This document shows positions 46,239 to 57,435 of a stretch of 64,000 nucleotides of DNA, in pieces. The stretch lies in the NCBI GenBank assembly GCA_963977015.1, contig CAXBMO010000031.1:1-64000 (forward strand). The letters run 5' to 3'. A program made the position numbers and the translations under genes. Origin of the DNA: an uncultured bacterium (GTDB lineage Bacteria > Verrucomicrobiota > Verrucomicrobiia > Verrucomicrobiales > DEV007). The notes below the pieces were generated by a model. The model was not told where the DNA came from. It did no database searches and was given only the letters and a program-made list of their open reading frames with translations. The stretch's first letter is position 1. Each line of letters begins with the position of its first letter.

Positions 46239-48458
46239 TTAGAGAACGATGCTTGATGCGTTGGCTGTAATCGCCAAGGCCTGGAACGCACACTTCCCAC
46301 AGTAGCCACGCTTCTCCATCAGATAGCGAATCGTGTCGTTCAGCTGTTCCTGCTCTTTCGAGTGCACATTGGCAGCGCTGGTGCCGCTCTTGATCCAGCC
46401 AAGAAGTTTCATGTTCTCGCCAGATTTGAACTCATTCTCAAAGACGTATTTCTTGATCGCACTTTGATAGGAAGGCTCGTCCTCAAGCAGAACCTGGTAA
46501 CTCACGCTGGAGATCGCATCCGAGAGTTCTTTCCGGAAAACGTCCTTCTCCGGAATTCCGAGATACTGTTCGATGCTCTGCATGAACTTCTCATCTGGAT
46601 TCACGTCATTCTGAGTCACCTCATGCTTGACGGTCGTATTGTGAGCATAGGCGCGAACGTGATCCGTATACTTGCGCCACGTCGTCTCGATCACCGAGTC
46701 ATCTCGGAGAATCGCACCATAAACATCACTGGCAATTTGGCCAAAGACCCATTTTTTCGCCTGTGGCAGCACCTTCTCAACATAGTGACTCAACTTGGTC
46801 TTCTCAGAAGCGAACCCGTCCTTCATGTAGTTTTCCATGCGGACATGGAGGTCGAGAGGAGTCACACAGGGATTCTCCATCGCAATCGATCCCAATACGG
46901 ACTGGTCGCCTTCATCCTTCTGCAGTTGCATCAGGTTCGCGACATATTCGCTAATCTGGAAGTGCTCCGTATTCTCAAAGACGTTTTGAACAAATCGGGG
47001 ATCCAGGCCAAAGGTTCCTTCCGACGGCTTCACATATTGGAACTCGTCGATGATCATCTTCGCCATATTGTTATCGACCCCACTATCCGACCTTCCCGCA
47101 TAGATGAGGGCCTTCTGAAGAAGTGAAATATTCGGATTCGCCTTTGACTCATACAGCCTCGACATCACCGCGACGAGACTGAGGATTTCAAGACTGTGCG
47201 GCGCAACGTGGGCGATGTGCTTCCGCTTTTTGTTCCAGTTCCGGGTGTTGTTGGAATAGGTATAGCGATAGATGAACTCTTCTTGCTTAAAATCGACCGA
47301 CAACGGCATTTCAATAAACGTCGTCCGTGAGCGCAAGGCTTCGAACGACGCATTCGCCATGAACATATTGTATTCATGGAAGTTGGTATGACCGATGATG
47401 ATGCCGTTGAACGGAATCGGCGGCTGCCCCTCAGGTTTGAAGAAGCGATCCTGCGTCGCGAAGAGCAACTCATAGAGAAACTTATCCGACAGCTTCAAGA
47501 TTTCGTGGATCTCAACAAAACCGTTCGCTCCCGCGCAAAGCTCACCCTGATAATCGTGAACCAAGGGGTGCGACTCGCTTCCAAAAATCGGCAACCGGCT
47601 GTAGTCCAGATTTCCGACGAGCGATCCAGCCTCCTGACTTTTCTCGTCGCGAGGCGTATAAGAGCCAATTCCCGTTTTGGTTTGGGAATCGTAAATCATT
47701 CGCTTCACCTTCAAGAAGCCGAGCATCTCCTTGAAGCTTAGTCCCCGATCCTTTTGAAACTGATCCAAGACGTATTGCGCATAGGGCGAAATTCTGCCGG
47801 TGATCTGAATATTAAAGTTGTTGTCATAGTGTGGATGCCTTTCGAGGAATCCAGCAATGGCATCTTGATCGATTTGATCGGTCAACTCCTTCGCAAACTG
47901 TTCCCGCAAATCATAAGGGATGACCTGAAGGGGACGCTCGTAGAGCGGTGCCTGTAAATAGTGAATCCCGTCTTCCGTAAACAGCGCCCGGTCCTTGAGG
48001 CGGTCATCAACCGTCGGGAGGAGCAGGGTGTAGGTCTTGCCCTCATTCGATTTCGAATACCGGTTAAGTGCCAACTTGATCGCATCCATGGAGCGCGACT
48101 TGGCGGAACCTGGAGGCCCTAACAGAATCCAAAGTCGTTTGGTCGCCTCAGCTCCGCGGCTGGCGTTGTCGATCTTCTCGACCAGGTTCTCCTTGGCCTT
48201 CTGCGCACCAAAAACCACAAACTTGCCAATCAGTTCTTCCGTTTCGAAGAATTTGTATTGATGAACGACCGGTTTTCCCGTGACAATGGAATGCTCAACG
48301 CCACGCGAAAGCATCATGTCATGAAGAATTTGCGGAGAATCGCGGGTAACCCACGGTTCGGTTCGAACAAGCCCTAAGTATTCATCAAAAGTGAAGATTG
48401 AGTTATCTCCGTTCGAGCTGGGCTGCTCATCAAATAGTTTGGCTAATTTCTGATCCAT
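46239..48458 (-). CDS. prkA: PrkA-family serine kinase / AAA protein
   Basis: GPPGSAKS, DEKSQE..LVG, GELCAGANG, GHTN..E, GYCGKCA. Confidence 0.88.
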   Translation of the reverse strand: MDQKLAKLFDEQPSSNGDNSIFTFDEYLGLVRTEPWVTRDSPQILHDMMLSRGVEHSIVTGKPVVHQYKFFETEELIGKFVVFGAQKAKENLVEKIDNASRGAEATKRLWILLGPPGSAKSRSMDAIKLALNRYSKSNEGKTYTLLLPTVDDRLKDRALFTEDGIHYLQAPLYERPLQVIPYDLREQFAKELTDQIDQDAIAGFLERHPHYDNNFNIQITGRISPYAQYVLDQFQKDRGLSFKEMLGFLKVKRMIYDSQTKTGIGSYTPRDEKSQEAGSLVGNLDYSRLPIFGSESHPLVHDYQGELCAGANGFVEIHEILKLSDKFLYELLFATQDRFFKPEGQPPIPFNGIIIGHTNFHEYNMFMANASFEALRSRTTFIEMPLSVDFKQEEFIYRYTYSNNTRNWNKKRKHIAHVAPHSLEILSLVAVMSRLYESKANPNISLLQKALIYAGRSDSGVDNNMAKMIIDEFQYVKPSEGTFGLDPRFVQNVFENTEHFQISEYVANLMQLQKDEGDQSVLGSIAMENPCVTPLDLHVRMENYMKDGFASEKTKLSHYVEKVLPQAKKWVFGQIASDVYGAILRDDSVIETTWRKYTDHVRAYAHNTTVKHEVTQNDVNPDEKFMQSIEQYLGIPEKDVFRKELSDAISSVSYQVLLEDEPSYQSAIKKYVFENEFKSGENMKLLGWIKSGTSAANVHSKEQEQLNDTIRYLMEKRGYCGKCAFQALAITANASSIVL

Positions 48459-48720
48459 ATAGGGAAGGTTTGGCGTTATTCCTGCCCCTCTCAGGGCAAG
48501 CTGGGGGTTTACTCGCTAAACGACCCTCTTTGGACGTGTTTACACCACACTTCTTCGACCCAAATTAAGGATCAAAAAAAGGTGGTGGAGACACACAGTT
48601 AGGGACTGGATCTTTGTGATGTCTCTACCGTTCGGGGGTCCATTTAGAGTATCCGGCCAATCATTCTTGTCCAAATAAATCGACCCCAATTGGCTCCAAA
48701 CCCCTTCAAAATGTCCGTTT

Positions 48721-50646
48721 TTAGTCTGAAAATGGTGGTTTTTTCTCAAAAATTAGAGAATCTGCGCCAAGAAGTTCGAATTTCCGCCGCACCTTGGTTG
48801 CCCCCGATAACGCGACGATTTGAAGGTGATCAATCGTCGGAACATTGACTAACAATTGTCTCTCAACGTCGTCCCAGTCCAGCCTTTCAGCGAATTTCCA
48901 CCAAGAACCCTGGGAGGCTTTGATCCCCAACACAATCATGGGTGGGGTCTGGAGATGCTCCAGCCGTTTTCGCGCAGCCCAGACTTCCCCAATCCCCTCC
49001 ATTTTTGCGAACGCATCACAAAGTTCGGCCACACGTTCTGCCGAAAGTTGGTGAGCCAAGAGTGAATCGCTTTTCGCGACACCCTCCCGTTCACCTTCCG
49101 CAGCTTTCATCTGATCTGACGCCGCCAGCTTGCGATCGCCCCAAGCCTGGGCCGCCTCAAAATCTCCGCGCTCGCGATTCCAACGCGCAAGAACTTCCGC
49201 CGCAGGAAACCGGTAACTTGGTTCGGCATGAAAAGCGCGCTCAACCAGCACTTCTCCCGAGACATCGCCTTCCTCCAGCATCCAACGCCCCAATCCCAAC
49301 AGCGCTCCCGCGTGCGCCGGATCGCGCTCAAGAACTTCTCGAAACAGAGGAGCAGCCGCGGAGGCCCCTTGCAGCTCGCTTACCAATCGGGCTCGAATCC
49401 AGGCGTCTTCGATCGTGACGGAGCCCGCTTGGTGAAGCCGCTCTTCAATTCGATCAACGGCTCGCTGCTGCCCGAGCGCAAAGTAATGTGACTCCCTCCA
49501 AAGTTCCGCATTCTCCTGTTGCCACCGGATATCCAGTTCCTTCCGAAATTCATCCCGTCCTGTCCCCAAAAGTTGCTCACTCGCACCGTTTACCGGGAAC
49601 TTGAGCATCGATTGAATCGTGGTTGCCTCCGTTGAAACCTGCCCCTCAAGCGCCATCCCCATCGCTGTGAGAGAATCCCGCAAACTTGGATGCGATTCGT
49701 CGGCCTCCGTTGCATCGACCAAACATTTGACGAGAGAACGATGAACCTTGGCTGCGTCGAACGGTTGGGCCAGTTGACGGATGAGCTGCGAAACCGGGTC
49801 GTTCGGGGGTTCTTCATTCGCCACGGTTTGCCGCTGAAGTTCCTCGATGTAGTCGTCCATCACCAGATGATCCAGCATCGACATTCTCGCTTTTCCGGAG
49901 ACGATCGCCTCCCGTCCGTAGTTCTCCATGGCCAAGCGGTCCGCCTCCAGTTCTTCCTGCCGGGCCAGAACATGGAGATGCGCCTTCAACATTGGCCAAT
50001 GCCATCTCGCAAAAGCACCGAGGAGGAGCCGCACAATCAGAAACTCGCTACCTTCTGCGGCTTCGCTCCAACCTTCCCGCAACCTGACAAACCGAACCAG
50101 AAAGCGTCCATGACGGCGGGAAAGGTGCGCGAGTTCATGAGCCAGGATTCCCCGGAACTCCTCCATCGTGACCGCCTCCATAAGGGGAAGTCCCAGCACC
50201 AGTTCATTTCGATACGGCCCAACCCCGCCGATCCTGGAAATCTGTCCAGCTCCCGCATTCATCTCCTCATTCAACCAGACGCGATGAATCTTCCGGATTC
50301 CGAGACGTTTTCGAACTCCGTCAATCTCCTCAAACAACCGGGGACAGGATTTCCAGCGAAGTCGAACCCCATTCAATCCCTCGATCCTGACATTGAATGG
50401 CGCATAGAGCAGAAAGCCGTTGAACAGGAACACCATGCCCACCAACCAGGCGAACGCCTCGCTTTGAACCAGCATGCAACCCCACATCGCGGCGAAAAAC
50501 GCGATCACATACGCCCCCCAGACCAGCGCCAGAAACCACCGGCCCCGATTCGCGATTCGCACCACTTTTCGGAGAAAGACTCTCGGCTCCGCTTCAGCAT
50601 CGGCTTCCAGCTGACGAACAAGACTCGCGTAATCCTGACTCTTCAA
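48721..50646 (-). CDS. M48-family Zn metallopeptidase with C-terminal TPR
   Basis: MNAG, LVLGLPL, HELAH, ELEAD, SHP. Confidence 0.85.
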   Translation of the reverse strand: MKSQDYASLVRQLEADAEAEPRVFLRKVVRIANRGRWFLALVWGAYVIAFFAAMWGCMLVQSEAFAWLVGMVFLFNGFLLYAPFNVRIEGLNGVRLRWKSCPRLFEEIDGVRKRLGIRKIHRVWLNEEMNAGAGQISRIGGVGPYRNELVLGLPLMEAVTMEEFRGILAHELAHLSRRHGRFLVRFVRLREGWSEAAEGSEFLIVRLLLGAFARWHWPMLKAHLHVLARQEELEADRLAMENYGREAIVSGKARMSMLDHLVMDDYIEELQRQTVANEEPPNDPVSQLIRQLAQPFDAAKVHRSLVKCLVDATEADESHPSLRDSLTAMGMALEGQVSTEATTIQSMLKFPVNGASEQLLGTGRDEFRKELDIRWQQENAELWRESHYFALGQQRAVDRIEERLHQAGSVTIEDAWIRARLVSELQGASAAAPLFREVLERDPAHAGALLGLGRWMLEEGDVSGEVLVERAFHAEPSYRFPAAEVLARWNRERGDFEAAQAWGDRKLAASDQMKAAEGEREGVAKSDSLLAHQLSAERVAELCDAFAKMEGIGEVWAARKRLEHLQTPPMIVLGIKASQGSWWKFAERLDWDDVERQLLVNVPTIDHLQIVALSGATKVRRKFELLGADSLIFEKKPPFSD

Positions 50647-50673
50647 AAATTCGGGTTACCCAAGCACGAGGAC

Positions 50674-52563
50674 CTAATTTTTCTTCCCCTTTTTGGTGTA
50701 TTCTTCCAACTCCTTCCCGCGAAGAACCGTCTGATCCGCTAGCACCAGGCTGACTTCACCACGGCTCTTTTCTGCGATAAACGTCAGCTTGTCCATCGCC
50801 TGCGGCACCATCAGGCAGATGGTATTGATCTTGGCGCGACCACTCCTGTTGTTGTGCTTGATCAAGTCGTCCAAGACCTTCTGACCGCCACCGTAGGCGC
50901 CATCCGTCATGAAGAAAATGGTATCCGGCCTCATGTTCATGGCCATGTAGAGCGGCGAACGCCAATCCGTGCCGTAAACCAGCTTGGTTTCCTCCACGTG
51001 CTTGATCGATTTGCGGATGTTGCTGCGGGTGGAGGAAACGTATTCCCCCTTGGGCAATTTGTCGGGATCGCCATCCTCATTTCCGTCCAGCCACCAGTTG
51101 GTCGCGCTTTTGCCGACCCAGCGCCATTCGTCGCGACCTTTCTCGGCCTTCACGGTCATGTCAGAGTTGTTTTTGGCCGCCACCTCCTGGCCATGATACC
51201 AAACCGGCCCCGAGAAAAAGATGCATTGATACTCGATTCCGCCAGGAAGGGCGTTGAGCGACTTGGCCAACTCTTTTCGCATCAGCTTGTCCTTGTCCTG
51301 CGATCGCATTGAGGCCGAATAATCCACCACGAAGACGACCTTCTTCGATGTCGACTTGGATCCGAAAAAGGAAACCATGCCGCCATCTTCGCCCGCATCG
51401 AAACTCATGCTCGCGCCAAACGCGTCGCCCATCCCGATGGGATCAAACGAGATCAGGTCGGTCTGAATATCCGGCATGGAAACGGCGGAAGCTCCCGCAA
51501 CGCTGATCACTTCCATCTGGCTGGAGGCGGATTGCACCGGCTTGCGTTGAACCTGCTTCTGAACCTCCTGAACCTGCATTGTGTCCTGATCGAGCACCTG
51601 CGCTGACGACGCGACAATCTGCGGAGGCGTCTCCTGAGGGAGATTCATGGCCACCAAGCCAAACAACAAACCCAGAACCACGTGCGCGACTAACGCCAAC
51701 ATCACCGCAGACATCTTCTGGTTCTTGTCGCTGGATTTCTCCATCGCCTTGACGATTTGGCCTTCTCCAGCCACCACGATGTGACGCGTTTGATGCAGGT
51801 GATTCTCAAACTCGACGACCTCGGCACCGCCCTGTTCCACGAGATGGGCATGGGCATCAAATGGCTCCGGCGTTACCATGTGCGCCGCCGTTTCCCTCAA
51901 GTCAGGAACCGGCGCAAGGCGACTCACCGGAGGTGCGACATCTGCCTCAACCGCTGGAATCGCAGCCAACGCAGATTCCGTCTCCTCAGGTTCTTCCACC
52001 GGCGCCGCTGCGGGAGCGGGGGCCGGAATCGCCTTCCCCGGGGGTGGCGTCAGTGGTGACGCGATTTGCGCGGGCGGGCTGACGGGCGCAATCTCCGGCT
52101 CGGGTTCGGGAGTGGACAATTGCGCGATGACCTGGTCCGCCTCGGCGGCAGGCTGCGGGATGGTATCACCAAGATCCGCCAGTCTTACCGCCAACACATC
52201 GTCCGCCATTTCGGGCTTCAGGGCGACCGCCGTGTTGTAATGTTCGCGAGCCTTGTCGAGATCCCCTGTCTTGACGAGAACCTTGGCCAAAAGTTGATGG
52301 CCGACAGCTCCGGAAGGTTTCTGCGCAACGAAGGCGCTCAAGATGGGCTCGGCGACTCCGGGTTGACCAGCCTCCGTCGCAAACCTCACCACGTGCTCCA
52401 GCTCAGGTTCCGTGGCCGGAGCGGAAGTCGCCTCGGAAATAACCCGGAGCACTTCCGGAGCCGAGCCCCCCGCTTGCAACTTGTTCAAGAGTTCAAACCG
52501 GACCGTCCAATCATCCGGATTTTCCTGGAGGGCGTTGTAGAGAATCTGTTCGACGGCGTTCAT
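50674..52563 (-). CDS. TPR + Pro/Ala linker + transmembrane + vWA domain protein
   Basis: N-terminal TPR helices; DYSAS MIDAS motif, GTDW, FMTDG. Confidence 0.8.
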   Translation of the reverse strand: MNAVEQILYNALQENPDDWTVRFELLNKLQAGGSAPEVLRVISEATSAPATEPELEHVVRFATEAGQPGVAEPILSAFVAQKPSGAVGHQLLAKVLVKTGDLDKAREHYNTAVALKPEMADDVLAVRLADLGDTIPQPAAEADQVIAQLSTPEPEPEIAPVSPPAQIASPLTPPPGKAIPAPAPAAAPVEEPEETESALAAIPAVEADVAPPVSRLAPVPDLRETAAHMVTPEPFDAHAHLVEQGGAEVVEFENHLHQTRHIVVAGEGQIVKAMEKSSDKNQKMSAVMLALVAHVVLGLLFGLVAMNLPQETPPQIVASSAQVLDQDTMQVQEVQKQVQRKPVQSASSQMEVISVAGASAVSMPDIQTDLISFDPIGMGDAFGASMSFDAGEDGGMVSFFGSKSTSKKVVFVVDYSASMRSQDKDKLMRKELAKSLNALPGGIEYQCIFFSGPVWYHGQEVAAKNNSDMTVKAEKGRDEWRWVGKSATNWWLDGNEDGDPDKLPKGEYVSSTRSNIRKSIKHVEETKLVYGTDWRSPLYMAMNMRPDTIFFMTDGAYGGGQKVLDDLIKHNNRSGRAKINTICLMVPQAMDKLTFIAEKSRGEVSLVLADQTVLRGKELEEYTKKGKKN

Positions 52564-52702
52564 GGATATATTTCGTCGTTTGTACAGACGCTCCAGCGAC
52601 GGTCAATCTTGGAAAACAGCGAATATTTTTCCTGGTTCTCCTTTGTTGATGAAAATCGGCGAGCCCGGGAGTTGACGTCGTCGCTTCGTTGCCTACGTCT
52701 AA

Positions 52703-54232
52703 ATGGTGTTCCGATTTTTTCCTCCCCTCTGCTTTGTGCTGTTCGGTTTGGTGACCGTTTCCTTTGCGCAGAAACCTAACATCCTGCTGATCTACACTGA
52801 CGATCATACTCACCGGGCGGTCAGTTGTTACCCGGAGGCTTGGGACTGGGTCAAGACCCCAAATATTGATGCGTTAGCCGAAAAAGGAGTCCGCTTTCAT
52901 CATGCCACAATCGGAACGTGGTGCATGCCGTCGCGGGCCACGATCCTGACCGGCCGCCTCCAGTTTGGGGTCGAATCGATGAAGATGGATGGCGAGTACC
53001 CCGGCAGCACCTACAACCCCAAGAAGTGCCAATTCTGGCCAAGCACGTTTCGGAAGAATGGCTACACCACCGCCCAGATTGGAAAATGGCACACCGGTGT
53101 CGATTCCGGATACGATCGTGATTGGGATCACCAGGTGGTTTGGAATCGCCCGAAATATCCCGCCAATGCCGGCAACTACTACTACGACCAACAACTCGAA
53201 ATCAACGGCGTCCCGATCAAGGTCCCCGGCTACTCAACGGACAATTACACCAACTGGGCGGTCGACTTCATCAACGGTTCCAATCGCGATGAGAACAAGC
53301 CCTGGTATCTCTGGGTTTGCTACGGCGCGGTTCACGGCCCCTTCACCCCGGCCGAACGCCACCTCAAGGATTACCCGGAAGTGACGGTCCCCATTCCGGC
53401 GGATATCTACCCTCCACGCCCTGGAAAACCGGCCTATGTCAATGCCATGGAAAACTGGATTCCCGGCAAAAACGGCCAACCGGAGCTGAAGGGTGGCTTT
53501 CAGGCGCGAACCGTCGATACGCAGGGCGTTCACGGCAACACGCTCAATGACTGGGTGCGCCAGGTTCATCAAGGCGTCCGCGCGATTGATGAAGGCGTCG
53601 GGAAAATGATCGATGCCTTGACTGCATCCAAACAGCTCCACAACACGCTCGTCGTTTTCACGTCCGATCAGGGAATGGGATGGGGACAGCACGGATTCCG
53701 CCACAAACTCGGCCCCTACGACGCAACGATCCGCAGCCCCCTCATTTTCAGCATGCCGGGAACGCTCCCCGAAGGCAAAGTCTGCATGTCTCCGGTTGGA
53801 GGCCAGGACCTCCCTCCCACATTTTTCTCGTTTGCCGGGATTGATCTGCCTTGGGAAATGCATGGCCAGGATCTGACTCCGCAGCTCAAAAACCCGGCAA
53901 CACCACGCAAGGAGCCTGTCCTCATGGCCCTGACATCCGACCGCTACGGTTCCGCGACCAAGAAGATTCCCGACCCGCAACATCAAATGCTGGCAGGCGT
54001 TCCCTGGTGGGTTTCGCTCACCGAGCAACATTTCAAGTACATCCGCACCCTCACCGAAGGCGAAACCGAGGAGCTCTACGATTTATCCCGCGACCCGGAG
54101 GAACTCGACAACCTTGCGCTCAACGCGCAGTTTCGGGAAAAGCTGCTCGAAATGCGGGGAAAAACGCTGAAGGAGCTGAAACGCACCAAGGCCCCCTTCC
54201 TCGAATCGCTTCCCGCAGTCGCGGCGCCCTGA
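52703..54232 (+). CDS. Sulfatase
   Basis: TDDH, CMPSRATILTG, GKWH, SDQG. Confidence 0.92.
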   Translation: MVFRFFPPLCFVLFGLVTVSFAQKPNILLIYTDDHTHRAVSCYPEAWDWVKTPNIDALAEKGVRFHHATIGTWCMPSRATILTGRLQFGVESMKMDGEYPGSTYNPKKCQFWPSTFRKNGYTTAQIGKWHTGVDSGYDRDWDHQVVWNRPKYPANAGNYYYDQQLEINGVPIKVPGYSTDNYTNWAVDFINGSNRDENKPWYLWVCYGAVHGPFTPAERHLKDYPEVTVPIPADIYPPRPGKPAYVNAMENWIPGKNGQPELKGGFQARTVDTQGVHGNTLNDWVRQVHQGVRAIDEGVGKMIDALTASKQLHNTLVVFTSDQGMGWGQHGFRHKLGPYDATIRSPLIFSMPGTLPEGKVCMSPVGGQDLPPTFFSFAGIDLPWEMHGQDLTPQLKNPATPRKEPVLMALTSDRYGSATKKIPDPQHQMLAGVPWWVSLTEQHFKYIRTLTEGETEELYDLSRDPEELDNLALNAQFREKLLEMRGKTLKELKRTKAPFLESLPAVAAP

Positions 54233-54246
54233 CACAGGGTTCCCGG

Positions 54247-55599
54247 TTACTCTGAGGTGTCGAAGGGAACCGGAGGACGGGGTCCCTCCGGGGTAATCTG
54301 ATCGAAAAGCTCGCTTAACCTGCCTTTCGCAGCCTGCGCGTCAGGATTGGCTTCCTCCGCCAACGGTTCTGCGGGCAACTTCCGGGCATCCCGGAGCGCC
54401 CCACTCTTCCGAAACAATCGCCACGCCCCATCAAAGAGGTTCTCGCCACCCCTGTTTCCACCAATCGCATGATGCACCCAATCGCGGGGAATCCCCGGCT
54501 TCCCATGAATCTGGGAAACAATGCTTCGTCCATCAATCGCCAACGCGTCAGGCAAGTCTGTTGAGGAAAGTTCACAGAAGGTGGGGAACAGATCCACCAC
54601 GTCGATCAGGTCATCACAGCGCCCTCCGGCAGGAACCGCTGCCGGCCCCCAGACAATCAACGGAACATGCGTCCCGGCGTCTCCCAGTTGAAACTTCCCA
54701 CCATTCACGTTTCCGGCCCTTGTATGCCGGGTGTGGCGGCGCTCGTTCGGTTGCCCTGCCTTCGGGTTCTTGAAATCGGTCTCGTGAGTGCCGTTGTCCC
54801 CCATAAAGATCACGTAGGTATTGTCCTTGATCCCCAGATTCTCCACCTCGTCCAGCAATCTCCCGACGAGTTGATCCATGTAGTTGATCATGTTGCCGAG
54901 GCTCGCGTCCCGCCCCAACTTTCGATCGTCCGGAGTGTCGATAATCGGATCATGGGGAAGAAGTTCATTGTGGACGATGAGAAAGGGCTGCTTGGCGGCT
55001 TTCGCCTCCTGCATTTGCTCCACCACATAGTCGGCCAGCACATCGGGGCCAAAGCGCTGAGAGATGTCATCGCGAATCTTGCCATCCTCGTTATACGTGG
55101 GGTTCCAGTGACGCAGCGTCTTCCGGCCTTCACGCCAGATTTGCCACACACACCACGAATCAAACCCCGCATTCCGAATATGATCCGGCCAGACTTCGAG
55201 CGTCGCCAACTGCCACTTCCCGGTGGTGCTGGTGAGATACCCATTCTTTCTCAGTTGCTGAGCAAAAGTGGGAAACCTCTCGAAATTGACCTTCCTGGCC
55301 GTGCCGTGGTGAACCGGAAGTACCCCGTCGTGACCATGGCGCGGCACGTAAAGCCCCGTGTGCAGACTCACTCTTGAAGGCGTACAGACCGGGCTCGTGT
55401 AAGCCCGGGAAAACTGAATCCCCTCCGAAGCCATTCGATTGAGATTCGGCGTCTCAAAATCCAGACCACCATAGGAATTTACGGCCTCATACCCGATATC
55501 ATCGGCAAAAATGAGGAGAATATTGGGACGCTCGGCAGACTCGAGCGTTCCGGCGACAGCCCAACAAAGAGCCATCACGGATAAGATCGGGGTTTTCAT
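54247..55599 (-). CDS. Sulfatase
   Basis: ADDIG, CTPSRVSLHTG, GKWQL, GDNG. Confidence 0.92.
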   Translation of the reverse strand: MKTPILSVMALCWAVAGTLESAERPNILLIFADDIGYEAVNSYGGLDFETPNLNRMASEGIQFSRAYTSPVCTPSRVSLHTGLYVPRHGHDGVLPVHHGTARKVNFERFPTFAQQLRKNGYLTSTTGKWQLATLEVWPDHIRNAGFDSWCVWQIWREGRKTLRHWNPTYNEDGKIRDDISQRFGPDVLADYVVEQMQEAKAAKQPFLIVHNELLPHDPIIDTPDDRKLGRDASLGNMINYMDQLVGRLLDEVENLGIKDNTYVIFMGDNGTHETDFKNPKAGQPNERRHTRHTRAGNVNGGKFQLGDAGTHVPLIVWGPAAVPAGGRCDDLIDVVDLFPTFCELSSTDLPDALAIDGRSIVSQIHGKPGIPRDWVHHAIGGNRGGENLFDGAWRLFRKSGALRDARKLPAEPLAEEANPDAQAAKGRLSELFDQITPEGPRPPVPFDTSE

Positions 55600-55620
55600 C
55601 ACGTTCCGGGTGGACCTGAT

Positions 55621-57435
55621 TTACTTCGTCGGTTTCAGGGCGGGAAGTTGTTCCTCCAAAACCCCCTTTGCTTTCGGCCACGCCAGGTAAGCCTCCACGA
55701 TCATCCAGGCCTCCAACGCCAGGGTCGCAATCCCAATCGTGGTCAGCAGAATATTGCCTTTCGCGATGTAACCATTCTCACCAAACACATTGATGGACAT
55801 CGCATAACCTGGCAGCAACAACATCAACACCGTCGGAATCGCGACAAACCAGATCGGCAGGTTGCGTCGCCACATCCAGAAGGTGATCACCAAAAAGGCG
55901 AGACCACCGAGCAGTTGGTTCGTCGCCCCAAACAAGGGCCAAAGCAACAGGCCGCCTTTCCCGGCGGTTCCCCACTCCCAGGCAGTTCCCGCCACAGGAA
56001 GCGCAGCGATCATCGCCGCAATCGTCACCGCAAAAATAGTCGCGGAATGCTTGTTGGTCAGCGGCTGAAACTTGATCGTCGAGGCAAGTTCCTGGGTCAC
56101 ATAACGCTGAAGCCGGCAGGCCGTATCGAGCGTGGTTGCCGCAAATGACGCGACGAAAACGCCCATCAGCGCAATCGCAAAGCCCGGAGGCATTCCCAGC
56201 GCTTTCAGAAAATTCGCCGCGCCTTCCACGAACGCCCCCACCTTCGCACCGAGCCCGTTTGCCGCATTCCAGGAAGCATAACGCGCCTCATAGGCCGCAC
56301 TTCCGGATAGAAACGTCCCCTCCGCATTGGTCATCCCGAGTCCCAGCCCGGCAACGCAGGCCAGAATCACCAACACCGCCAAAAATCCTTCGGTCAACAT
56401 GGAACCATACCCAACAAACTGCGCATCCGTCTCGCACTTGATCTGCTTGCTTGAGGTCCCGGAGGAAACCAGGCAGTGAAACCCGGAAATCGCGCCACAG
56501 GCAATCGTGATGAAGAGAAAGGGGAAGATGAACGGAGCTCCCTCCGGCGCGAGTCGAACCGCGGGAGCCGCGATCTCCAAAGCCGGTCTTGCCACCGATT
56601 CCCCGGCCGGTGCACCGCCAAACAAAGCCGCCGCAACCAACCCAATCACCACCAGCCCCAGCACACTCAACAGCTGGAGACTGTTGATGTAATCGCGTGG
56701 CTGCAACAAGGTCCAGACCGGCAGAACTGAAGCAACATAGGAGTAAACCAGAAGCACGACCACCCACGTCATGATCGGCCAGGAAGCCAACGTCTGGTTG
56801 AAGCTTCCCAAAAACCCCACATCACCAAACGCCACCGTCAAATACATCACGACGAGGGCAATCAAGGACGGGATCAGCAAATTTGCTCCCTTTCGGTGCA
56901 AGGTCATGCCAATGACCACCGCGAGCGGAATCTGAATCAGGCAGGGAAAAATCGCAGCGGGATATTGCTTGAAGACCGCCGCAATCACCAGCCCGAAAAT
57001 CGCCAACACAATGGTGAGCGCCATGAAAAGAATCGAGAGAAAGAGAACCCTCGTCCGCGGAGCCAGCATTCGCCCTGCGATATCCCCAACCGTCTGCCCC
57101 CGGTTCCGCATCGAAATGACGAGCGCGCCAAAATCGTGCACCGCGCCGATAAAAATGGATCCAAAAAGCACCCAAAGCAGAGCCGGCACCCACCCCCAAA
57201 TTACCGCGACCGCAGGCCCCACAATCGGTCCCGTCCCGGCAATTGACGTAAAATGATGCCCGAAAATCACGCCCTTGTCCGTCGGAACGAAGTCCCGATC
57301 ATCCCGCAACGCCACGCTCGGCACCTGCGCCTTCGTGCTCAGTTTGAAGATCTTATGCCCAAGCCACCTTCCGTAGGTGTTGTAGGCAATGATGTAAAGA
57401 ACGAGGGCTCCGAGGGCGATGGCTAGGGTTTGCAT
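55621..57435 (-). CDS. cstA: Carbon starvation protein A family transporter
   Basis: GHHFTSIAGTGPIVGP, LLQPRDYIN, ITIACGAISGFH, WPLFGATNQLL. Confidence 0.93.
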   Translation of the reverse strand: MQTLAIALGALVLYIIAYNTYGRWLGHKIFKLSTKAQVPSVALRDDRDFVPTDKGVIFGHHFTSIAGTGPIVGPAVAVIWGWVPALLWVLFGSIFIGAVHDFGALVISMRNRGQTVGDIAGRMLAPRTRVLFLSILFMALTIVLAIFGLVIAAVFKQYPAAIFPCLIQIPLAVVIGMTLHRKGANLLIPSLIALVVMYLTVAFGDVGFLGSFNQTLASWPIMTWVVVLLVYSYVASVLPVWTLLQPRDYINSLQLLSVLGLVVIGLVAAALFGGAPAGESVARPALEIAAPAVRLAPEGAPFIFPFLFITIACGAISGFHCLVSSGTSSKQIKCETDAQFVGYGSMLTEGFLAVLVILACVAGLGLGMTNAEGTFLSGSAAYEARYASWNAANGLGAKVGAFVEGAANFLKALGMPPGFAIALMGVFVASFAATTLDTACRLQRYVTQELASTIKFQPLTNKHSATIFAVTIAAMIAALPVAGTAWEWGTAGKGGLLLWPLFGATNQLLGGLAFLVITFWMWRRNLPIWFVAIPTVLMLLLPGYAMSINVFGENGYIAKGNILLTTIGIATLALEAWMIVEAYLAWPKAKGVLEEQLPALKPTK

